In this document: piece after piece, positions 1 to 11,800 of the stretch
Position numbering within the stretch: position 1 is the stretch's first letter
Layout: the number at the start of each line of letters is the position of its first letter
From: Basidiobolus meristosporus CBS 931.73
Taxonomy: Eukaryota; Fungi; Basidiobolomycota
NCBI GenBank assembly: GCA_002104905.1
Contig: MCFE01000018.1
Coordinates: 182,066-246,065 of the forward strand
Direction of reading: 5' to 3'
DNA: 64,000 nucleotides
Program-made: the position numbers and the translations under genes
The notes under the pieces: model-generated
The model's input: the letters and a program-made list of their open reading frames with translations, nothing else
Told to the model about the DNA's origin: nothing
Database searches by the model: none

Positions 1-350
1 AATCGTACTTGCACCTCATCATTCACCTAATTTAGTCACTTGGACCATTACCTACAAATCTTAGAGAATTCTGACTAAATTCCTTCTCGGGATTTAATAA
101 GATTATTTTCGCCAAGATACCAGGTACCCATAACATGAAACTTGATAAGTTGTCCAAACAGCCCCAAACCTTGCACACATGTTCTAGGAAGATTCCTAAA
201 CATATTACACATGTTTATTTTTGAAGACCATATAAAGGTATAAATACTACTTTTACATTCAATGAATCAATAAGTGAAAACCACATATTCTACTTATTCT
301 CCCAATCACTCCCAACATCTTCAAAACTCTTTCAACACAAACAGGAGCAG
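1..350 (+). mobile_element. Degenerate copia LTR remnant
   Basis: Similar to the LTR family (cacctaatttagtcact...aaaccttgcacacatgttc...aaaaccacat). Confidence 0.8.
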
Positions 351-3300
351 CTTGTGGTTCACTGCCTGTTAGTTTGTTTTTAATAACTGTAGTCCACCTT
401 TTTACTCCAAGCTTTCATATCCGCTCCCATATTCACATGGTTGACCCATAATACCATCTGTTTGCTTTGTAGAACCAAATGTGAACTGATACCAATTAGG
501 TGTACTGTCAATCTAGATCTACCGATTAGCTAGTTAAATGTGTCAGTCGATCCACCTAATTCCGGTATTGTTCATTGTCAATTTCTAACCAAATGCAGTT
601 TACACCAATAAAACCTCATTTATTAACACTCTCCACCCATGTGTGAGGAAAATACCATTAATCGGTAAGCGCTCTAAATAATGTGACTAATTGATTGTCA
701 AGATGAGGGTAAATTATTTTTGCATCGTGTTTCCTATGTGACCTATAAAACGATTCGTAGCCATATAGTAGCTGATTTGTTAATCGACAGGTTTCGACGC
801 TAGTATCTTAATAAAGTTACGCTTTATGATAATGACCACAAGTAAGGGTAGCATAATTGGGATAGTGTTAATGCTTCAACTATTAACAACTATGTAACAT
901 TGTCCGGTTCCTACTCAGCATGCGTGTAGACTCTCTTATCATCAATTGCTATTTGGGGATGAAGTATAAATTTAAATACATCTAACTCCGGTATTTCTCA
1001 GTCAAGAGCATCTACGAATTGTCAAGTAATCAAAAACCTGTGGATGGGGATGAAACCATTGCCATCTAATTTAATAACTACCCCTACTCAGGGTGGAGTT
1101 TTATCTCCTTTCGGCAAGTGGCGCACATATCATACCAATTTTGTCAGTAACATGAACTATATAATTCCGAGATCTTTTATATTATGCATTATTATTCTAA
1201 ACAGAAATGTGATCTGATAAAACTGCCTTTTTCAGTGAGCAGTACATTGATTGGCACTACCTTGCTATGGGTATGAAATATTAAACAAATAATATGGATT
1301 GAATCAACTAGCGGAATTAATATACCAATCCAAATATTCTACAATATTGACAAGGTACCGCTTACAATTCTTCATGCCATCATCTGTTGACATATGATCA
1401 TAGTATTAAGTTAGATACAAGGGTGCGTACTTGATCGCGTTTTAGCGGACTAGCCAGTTAATAGGCAAAGTCAAGACAGCCAGGACCCACTTATCGTGAT
1501 GCGATATGTAATATCATCAACAGTTATGCATTTTGCTTTCAAGTATAACGTAGTGCATAATTAATCGATTTTTTATTTTACATTTCTGTGGCCATTTGCG
1601 AAATGGCTTTCCATCTATGCTACTGACCGGAGCATCGGCACTTTCACAATCACACTACCACCGGCAGTGATCATGTGCATTGAAAGACATAAGCAACTCA
1701 AGATATTAGCGATGAGTTCTGCCAATCAACTAGTCAGACTGCTAGTATTGCATACCAAATTAAGGTGTTAGTATCTCAGATGGTTGGTGAGAGTTATTAA
1801 ACAGGCTCTACAAGGATCTATCGGTTGAATCAGTAATCAGATAGCAACTGACGATTTGTGGACATATGATCAGATATACTTGAATTGGGTGGATTCTCTC
1901 ATGTACATAACTGGCTTATTTCAGTGAAGTATCTACTCGGTGGCTCTAGACTGATGAAGCATTGGATTAGTGCTGTTCACATCGATATCTACGTAGGGAA
2001 CAAATGACATGTGAAGCCTAGCAATGTGAATATGGGAATTGGTAAAGAGGCCTGGAAGAAAGTGGCTGACTCTGTATTACTACCAATGACTTTCGATCAT
2101 GACCCTGTGAAAAAAATGCCATACAGAAGGAGTGGATAAATCATTACCAAAGATGCAGCATAAAAGGCTGACTAGGGCTTGACAAACATCAAGCCTAGTT
2201 TCACTCTACAAAAAGCCCGCTGTTAGACTGAATATTCCGTTTGCAGCGTCTCTGCTTGGCAGCCTTCCATCTGGAGGTCATTACGGTACCAGTACCGGAG
2301 AAGTTCGCATGAATTTTCAAGCGTGTCATGTTATATCCGAACCGCAGGTCGCACAAGACAAAGTTTATTTGTTGTCACGTCTAGAGTACTTGTAAAGAAT
2401 AAAACATCTATCGAGGGTAATTCTTAGTTGTATATATTGTATAGTTTAGGTTTGATATTTATGAATGGATACTATCTTCTATGGGGGAATAGGAAGTATT
2501 AGAGCTTGAAAGTTGGAGGTATAGTAGTTTTGCATGGATTTAACGTTGCGCTATATAATTCTGGATTCTAAAGATAAAAAATTAATTAAACCCTAACCCC
2601 GCTACCAAAGCTGGGCATGTTCGGTTCCGCACTTAATAGGTTTCTGAGAATATCGAAAAAATTATGGTATTTATTCGGCGTACAGGTGTCGTCAAATATC
2701 CCAGAGAGCCTTGCTTTTGACTAAATTCAACAATAATGTAGTGAAAGAGTCTACCGATGTCAGGAAACCTGTTGGGATCATATCTCCCAATGTTTCACCT
2801 ATCCAGTTTAAATGGTAGTGAAGAGCATTAGACTTTTGAACCTGTGCTTGGGCGTTCATGATTTGATCGGTCATGTATCGATGATCATCTTTTAAATGCA
2901 TAAATATGTTATTGTAAACCAATATACTGAAGAGCAATGCAATTATGAGTCGATTTAGAGAAGCTTACAGAAATTCGGCAGTTCAGAGGGCCTCCGAGTC
3001 GACGCGTTCAGAACTGAGTATTCATTGGCTTTGGCATAATTGAATACGTCTTCCGCCCATCCCAACGTCAGATACGGCAATCAGAACGCCCTTATGTCCA
3101 CCAAAGCAGCACTGAAATACACCGAGTATAATCAGTCCTATGGCTTTTATTAGAGATTCCTGCAGCGAATACCATAGCAATTTGACTGATCCCATTTGCA
3201 TTTAATTTACCACTGTACATGGTATTCATGATTCCCTTCACTACATTGTTGCTCAGGGTTTTACCTGCTCATTTACTGGAAAGACAGAGGTCAATACTTG

Positions 3301-4793
3301 TGGTACGATGGGTAACGCAGCAGGAATTACTTCAATGACTCATCCACTTGCATATAAAATCTACATATTTCACTAGCCTTAAATATATAACCCTTCTACG
3401 GTGGAGAATCATTCATGCTAGGCTTCTGCTGTTTGAAATACATAATTTCAGCGGAGGCAGAGCTTTTGGATACTAGTGAACATTATGTTTCAAGGTTGCT
3501 GGTTGAAATAACCCGCTGCGCATTGTTGATTGGCACTACGAAATATTATACAACCGTATGTGTATGTGGCTTGTATCAAATCACTGTAATGTGGATCTGT
3601 TTCCAAATTCGTAGTTCAGTGCTATGAAGAAATACATGAAATCTAGATCTTTTATTTTTTACACTATTGTTCCAAAATGCAATGTGATCTGAGACTCTTG
3701 CTGTTTTCAGTAAGCGGTACAATGATTAGCAGCACCATGCCGTAGATATGAGATATGTATCACATGTTGAATGGTTGGAATCAACTAATGGATTTGATAA
3801 ATCATTCCAAATATTCTACACTGTATTCATGGTGCCGCTCACGACTCTTCGTGCCGTCAGGTGTTGACACTTAGCCATACTACCAAGTAGATATTGTTGT
3901 TCAGACTTCACCACGTTTTAGCGGACTACCCAATTTGTAGATGTAACCATGAGGGCCAGGAATATACATGTCGAGATGCGCTATATAATGTTATCAACAT
4001 TAATGTAGTGGACATTCAGGTATGATGTAAAGCATTATTAATCTGCGATTTAGGAAACGTTTCTGTGGCTGGTTGGGATAATACTAGGTATAATACTATT
4101 CATCAGGTCCATTATTGCAATATTACATCAACGCTACCGCCGTGGAATCAGCATTATCCCAATCACGTTGCCATCAGCGATATGCATAAGCATATTGGCA
4201 CACATGTAAACCTATCACATTGTTAACTTTGCGACTTGCCAATCAGCCGGTCACATTGTTGGCATAGCGTGCCGATTCAAGGCATTACCTTTTCGAGATG
4301 TGTGGTGAAAGTTATTAAATGGATCTGTACGTTTCTATCGGCACAAACAGTATTCAGATAGAAATTGACGATACGAAATTGAATAAATGCTCAGATATAC
4401 CTGAATAAGGTGGATTTCCTCATGTTCATAGCTGGCTTATCTCAGTGAATCGGCCACTTGGTAGATCGAGATTGCTGAAGGTTCCGATTAGTGCTGATTC
4501 GCGTTGACCTCTACATTGGGAACGTATAACATGTGAAGCCCAGTGATGTGAATATGGAAATGGATGTTGAGGCCTGGAGCAAAGTGGCTGACTTTGCATT
4601 ATTACCAATAACTTTCGATCATGACCCCGGAAGAATGTACCATACGCAAGGAGTGGATAAATCATTACCAAAGATGCAGCATAAAAGGCAGGCTATGAGA
4701 AGTCAAACAGCAAGCCTAGTTTCACTCTACAAAAAGCCCTCCGTTTGACTGAATATTCCGTTTGCAGCATCTCTGCTTGGCACTCTTCCATTT

Positions 4794-5842
4794 GGAGGTC
4801 ATTACTGTACCAGTACCGGTGTTATTCACATGAACTTCCAAGCGTGTCATGTTGAATCCGAGCCGCAGGTTACCAGCGTGAAGTCAATGTATATTTGTTG
4901 TCACGTTTAGAGTACTTGTAAAGAATAAAACGTCTATCGAGGGTGAATCTTAGTTGCTTGTATGATATGGTTTAGGTTCAGTAGTTATGAATGGGCACTA
5001 TCTTTCCTGTAGGTGAGTAGGAAATGTTAGCGTTTGTATGTTGCAAGTTTAGTAGTTTAACATGGAATCAATGTTCCGCTATATATATAATGGGATTGGA
5101 GTGATTAAAAGCAAGCAAATATATGGAGGTGAAGAAGTGCTTTGAACAGGCAGCGCTTGCCGATTATAGAAGGTCGTTTGAAGATATGAAAGGGGAACAT
5201 AGATTTGGATTTAGTTCGGTGCATTTGCATCTTCAAATACCCCGGAGAATCTTGCTTCCGACTGAATCCAGCAGTAAATTGATTAATGAATCTATTGAGT
5301 TTAAGAAACAAGCTGTGACCATGATTGTTTACTACATTACAAGGAAGTTAGAGTCCCATACTTGGGGTATGGTGGGCTATGAAGCAAATATTACTAAAAT
5401 GACTTAACACTTGCGAATTAAATCGACACACGTAACTCGCCTTAAAGTTGAATCCGTCCAAGGTTTCATATTGTTTATGCCGGACCATTGCTGATTTAGA
5501 GTACGCATCCACCATATTTGCTTGCTTTTAATCACTCCAATCCCATTATATATATAGCGGAACATTGATTCCATGTTAAACTACTAAACTTGCAACATAC
5601 AAACGCTAACATTTCCTACTCACCTACAGGAAAGATAGTGCCCATTCATAACTACTGAACCTAAACCATATCATACAAGCAACTAAGATTCACCCTCGAT
5701 AGACGTTTTATTCTTTACAAGTACTCTAAACGTGACAACAAATATACATTGACTTCACGCTGGTAACCTGCGGCTCGGCTTCAACATGACACGCTTGGAA
5801 GTTCATGTGAATTACACCGGTACTGGTCCAGTATTGACCTCC
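4794..5842. repeat. Inverted repeat, arms ~4794-5123 and ~5513-5842, loop ~390 bp
   Basis: Arms are near-perfect reverse complements. Confidence 0.93.
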
Positions 5843-6779
5843 GGATAAATGGCTGCCAAGCAGAGATGCTGCAAACGGAATATTCAGTCAAACGGCGGGC
5901 TTTTTGTAGAGTGAAACTAGGCTTGCTGGTTGATACACCGTAGCCAGCTTTTTATGCAGCATCCTTGGTAATAATTTATCCCCTCATTTCGTATGAGATT
6001 ATTATTCCAGGGTCATGATCGCATGTTATTGGTAATAGAACAGAGTCAGTCACTTTGCTCCAGGCCTCTATTCCCATTTCCACATTTACACCGTTGGGCT
6101 GCACATGTCATTTGTTCCCAGTATAGATGCTGATACGAATCGTTACTAATCGGTTCCTTTAGGAATCTCGATCCTCCGAGTGTCCGATTCCCTGAGATAG
6201 GAAAGTGACGAGCATAAGTGAATCCACGCAATTTAGGTAAATCCAGTCATATATTACCTGCACCTCATCGATTTCTCCATGATTGCTGCTTTTATCAATC
6301 AAACCGTACTGTTTTCATTTAATAACTTGCACCATCTATTCGTAAGGATAAGACCTCATTTCGTTATGCAATGCAAACGAGCTATTGATTGATCGCCGAT
6401 TCGTTGAGCTAATACCTCGACAGTGATGCTACAAATTTAGTTAATAATCATTTTATTGAATTGGATCAAGGTCAAGCTATTTATAATAGGTATATAGCGT
6501 CAAATTTATAGAGTGCAATTCAAAATACTTCTGGGCTAGTGATTATATTCAATTAGCATGAATAAAGGATGCGCAATGAATTAATTCAACATATTTCGAT
6601 TTCATTTTAGCTGAGTCGACAGTATTCTGTGTGGATACCAGATTTCTGGTAACAGTATAAATCATTAGTTAAGTTTTGTTTGCGATATGCTAGTGCATGG
6701 TGTACTAATCAATCAACCACAATAACCTTATACTCAAATTTATCCCTTAATATTCTTTAGTGCGGCATGAAATGAGGCA

Positions 6780-7710
6780 ATTACTGAAAGAATGATTGGG
6801 ACCAGTAGTGTGTTACCTAAGCACCGAGGTGGAAATCGACTTGGATACCAAAATCCACCCATTACTTGATTATTTACCGGTGCCAATATCCATGGATTAC
6901 TGGGTTTAAAGCCTGGACCCTATGTGCCGACTAGATTAGGATACCCAGGGTGCTTTCTTCCAGCCACACTCAACGGGAAGCTAATGTACACCATGTGATT
7001 TTGGTTTTCAGCTGCAGCACCCTACAACGCTGCAGATCCCGCAGTTCAATAATGATGGCGAATAAACACTATCGCTGAGTAATGAAAACCCGCAATATAT
7101 TTGATACGTGCTAACCGTAAGTAGCCCTGGCAATCGTAGCGTCCCATTGTCAGAAGACCTATCACAAAAATGATCATCAACACCATAATAGTTGATAAAA
7201 GGAGTCATGAATTCTCTGAAAAGCCTTTATTCGTTAATTTACTCAGGTCAACATTAGAACACCGATGACTTTCTGGCAACTTTCATACCCAACTAACTGC
7301 AATGGTACTGGATTTGCGGACTTGCTTCATCCAACAGCTGGAAACGGAAAACGGTAGACAACGCGGAGGCCCAAGAGTAATCACCGAATCGGCTGAACAG
7401 AGATATTATAAAGAGTGGAGAAATACTTGATTATTGACCAAGCGGTAGCCTTGGATTTATAGTCTCTGCTGACCCCTGGTCTGTATCCACTATACCCCGG
7501 AGTATTTTGATGGATATTGTATACTCTTCATTGGCTTTCCTGGATTAAACAGAATATTCTCCAAAGCACTGAGGCATGAAGCTCGGGATCCAATGAACTC
7601 TCCTGCGAAGTCATCAAATGAGTATTTCCGATATATATGGTGACAGGATGATAATCATCCCACCAATGATGACTGGCAGAACAATACGCGTCTCAGGACT
7701 ATAATCAAGG
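6780..7710 (+). pseudogene. Degenerate C-terminal half of a more distant RdRP paralog (copies at ~31440-31950, 45600-46530; inverted arms 8316-8850 and 47134-47710)
   Basis: LCADQIRIPGVLSS..VAYVH resembles AWADQ...LS..C..LA.LH; TKR.PWIY..C.P...FIGFP resembles KASAWYYVTCHP...ISFPW. Confidence 0.55.
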
Positions 7711-8850
7711 GGTGATCAGCATTGCACTGACTTGAAACACTTTTGCACATCTACTTTGAGAAACGAGCAACTTAATATCTATGCGTGAGTCATTGTCACT
7801 GTATTGTGTATTTAGAATTGGTTGCCTGACAATCTGGACCCTGTGTCAACAAGCCGATTTGCTGAGCTATCTGGTGGCAAAATTTTCATATTGACCTGTA
7901 GGATTCGAAGGTAGTCGATTTATTCGTATGCACCTTCTTAACATAAGAATATCAATAAAATTGGCTAACAAAGGTCTGTACCGAGGAGCTATGCACAATA
8001 TGGTGCCAACAATTGGGTCTAGTTGCTATGAATATTTTATTGAGTGGTAGTGTTATTAGCACTGTGATTACACCTGAATATTCCATCAACTTGCTCACTA
8101 AAATCATATTGCATGCACTACCCTAACCCTGAGAAGTCTCAAAGATGTCCAAACAGCACCAAACTTTGCACACATGTTCTTGGGACCTCCCCAGCATATT
8201 TTATGTGTTTGTTTTGCCATGATGATGTAAAAGTATATATACTACCTTTACATTCAATTAATCATAAAGTAAAAAAAACATAATAGTCATTTTCTACTAA
8301 TCACTCCTTCATTTTAGTCCTGAAACACGTATTGTTCTGCCAGTCATCATTGGTGGGATGATTATCATCCTGTCACCATATATATCGGAAATACTCATTT
8401 GATGACTTCTCAGGAGAGTTCATTGGATCCCGAGCTTCATGCCTCAGTGCTTTGGAGAATATTCTGTTTAATCCAGGAAAGCCAATGAAGAGTATACAAT
8501 ATCCATCAAAATACTCCGGGGTATAGTGGATACAGACCAGGGGTCAGCAGAGACTATAAATCCAAGGCTACCGCTTGGTCAATAATCAAGTATTTCTCCA
8601 CTCTTTATAATATCTCTGTTCAGCCGATTCGGTGATTACTCTTGGGCCTCCGCGTTGTCTACCGTTTTCCGTTTCCAGCTGTTGGATGAAGCAAGTCCGC
8701 AAATCCAGTACCATTGCAGTTAGTTGGGTATGAAAGTTGCCAGAAAGTCATCGGTGTTCTAATGTTGACCTGAGTAAATTAACGAATAAAGGCTTTTCAG
8801 AGAATTCATGACTCCTTTTATCAACTATTATGGTGTTGATGATCATTTTT
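7166..8850. repeat. Inverted repeat, arms 7166-7700 and 8316-8850
   Basis: ~535-bp arms nearly identical in reverse complement. Confidence 0.95.
8040..8310 (+). mobile_element. PPT plus LTR remnant with an internal telomere motif (inverted copy at ~46530-46800)
   Basis: gagtggtagtgtt start, caaactttgcacacatgttcttgggacc LTR core, CCCTAACCCT at ~8121. Confidence 0.7.
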
Positions 8851-11800
8851 ATGATATTGACTACTGACAAATATAAGCAGAGAGTGATTAATGGGGTCTG
8901 TACGGTTTAATGCACAAACGCAGTCTCGTTACAGATCTGGATATCATGCCGGTGGATATAGGACCAGATCCGGTTCAATTGGGTGGATTTTCCTTTTCCT
9001 TTCTTTTTGCTTATCTCAGTAAATTGGCTTTTCGGTGGATCGAGATTGATTAAGGATCCGATTAGTAAAGATTTGTATTGGATCTACGCTGGGAACCAAT
9101 GACATATGAACCCCAGCAATGTGAATATGGGAATGGGAATAGTGGCTTGGAGCACAGTGGCTGACTTTGCATTATTACCAATAACTTTCAATCATGACCC
9201 CGGAAGAATGTACCATACGCAAGGAGTGGATAAATCCTTACCAAAGATGCAGCATAAAAGGCAGGCTATGGTACGACAAACATCAAGCCTAGTTTCACTC
9301 TACAAAAAAGCCCGCAGTTAGACCAAATATTCCGTTTGCAGCGTCTCCGCTTGGCAGCCTTCCATCCGGAGGTCACTAATGTACTAGTGCCATTGTAGTT
9401 CACATGCACTTCCAAGCGTCTCTTGTTGAATTCGAACCTCAGGTCAAAAGTGTCAAGTTGCAGTTTGTTTGTTGTAACGAATAGAGTGCTTGTAAAGAAT
9501 AAAACGTCTTTCGAGGGTGAAATTTAGTTGCATGTATAGTATGGTTTAGGTTTAATATATATGAATGGGCCCTATTTCTCCTGTAAGGGAGTAGACAATA
9601 TTCTCATATGAATGATGCGAGTTTGGTAGCTTATCCGGAATCAATGTTGCGCCATGTTTGTATAATCGAATTGCAACGATAAAAATGAAGTAGATTTTGG
9701 GTCTTCAAACGTATTTCAACTACTAAACCAGGCATGCTTGATTTCGAACCGTCGAAGGTTTCTGAGCATATGTGTTTATCACAATGATCTGGTTTTCATT
9801 CAGCGCATTGGTGTCGTGAAATATCCTGGGAGCCTTACTTTCGTCTGAACCTAACAGTAAACCAGTAAAGTATACAGCAGTACGTTATTAGTAGATTCAG
9901 AAGAGCTAATGGAAATTCGGCAGTTCGGACGATCCTCGAGTTTGACACGTTCTGAGCTGAGACTTCTTTGGCTTTAGTGTGAAATAAGCCAGACTTCCAC
10001 CAATCCTAATGTTAGATACGACCACAAGAATGCTCTTGTGTCCACCAAATCTTTGGATTGAATGAATAAGTCTTCTACCCATTCGAACGTCAGATACGAC
10101 CACCAGAACGCTGTTGTGTCCACCAAAGCAGAACTGGACTGTACCGGGTATTACCAATCCTATGGCATTTACTAGGGACCTCTGCCTGGATTGCCACAGT
10201 AATGTGACCAACACCTTTTTCATAAAAATTGCCAGTGTATATGCTATCCATGATTTCTTTCACTACATCGTTGCCCAGGGTTTTACCTGCTCGTATCCTG
10301 GAAAGACGGGCCAATACTTATGATATGATGGGTAACGTAGCAGAACGTAGCAGAAATTACTTAAATGACTCGTCCACTTGCATATAAAATCTACATATTT
10401 CACTAGCCTTAAAATATAACCCTTCTACGGTGGAGAATCATTCATGCTAGGCTTTTGCTGTTTGAAATACATAATTTGAGCGGAGGTAGAACTTGTGGAT
10501 ACTAGTGAACATTATGTTTCAAGGTTGCTGGTTGAAATAACCCGCTGTGCATTGTTGATTGGCACTACGAAATATTATACAACCGTATGTGTATGTGGCT
10601 TGTATCAAATCACTGTAATGTGGATCTGTATCCAAATTCGTAGTTCAGTGCTATGAAGAAATACATGAAATCTAGATCTTTTATTTTTTGCACTATTGTT
10701 CCAAAATGCAATGTGATCTGAGACTCTTGCTGTTTTCAGTAAGCGGTACAATGATTAGCAGCACCATGCCGTAGATATGAGATATGTATCACATGTTGAA
10801 TGGTTGGAATCAACTAATGGATTTGATAAATCATTCCAAATATTCTACACTGTATTCATGGTGCCGCTCACGACTCTTCGTGCCGTCAGGTGTTGACACT
10901 TAGCCATACTACCAAGTAGATATTGTTGTTCAAACTTCACCACGTTTTATCGGACTACCCAATTTGTAAATATAACCAAGAGGGCCAAGAATATACATGT
11001 CGAGATGCGCTATGTAATGTCATCAACAGTAATGTACTGGGCATTCAGATATGGTGTAAAGAACAATTAGTCAGCGATTTAGGATCCGTTTCTGTGGCTA
11101 GTTAAAAATACACTTCATCAGGTTCATTTTTGCAATATTACATCTATGCTACTGCCGTGGAATTAGCACTATCCTAATCACGTTGCCATCAGCGATATGC
11201 ATAAGCATATTGGCAATATGTCAAGTTTGCACCCTTACAACCATTCCTTCGCATTGTTAGGATTGCATGCCGATTCAAGTCATTACCTTTCTCAGATGTG
11301 TGATGAGAGTTATCAAAGAATCTGTACGGTTCTATCGGTACAAATAGTATTCAGATAGAAATTAACGATACGAAAGTGCATAAATACTCAGATACACCTG
11401 AATTGGGTGGATTCTCTCATGTTCATAACTGGCTTATCTCAGTGAATTGGCCACTCGGTGGATCGATATTGCAGCAGATTCCGATTAGTGATGATTCGCG
11501 TTGACCTCTACATTGGGAACAAATGTCGTGTAAGGCCCAGTGATTCCAATGTGGGAATGGATATAGAGGCTTGCAGCAAAGTGGCTGACTCTGCATTATT
11601 ACCAATAGCTGTCGACCATGACCCCGGAACAATAATGCCATACGCAAGGAGGGGATAAATCATTACCGAAGATGCAGCATAAAAGGCTGACTAGGGTTTG
11701 ACAAACAGCAAGCCTAGTTTCACTCTACAAAAAGCCCGCCGTTCGACTGAATGTTCCGTTTGCAGCGTCTCTGCTTGGCAGCCTTCCATCCGCAGGTCGC

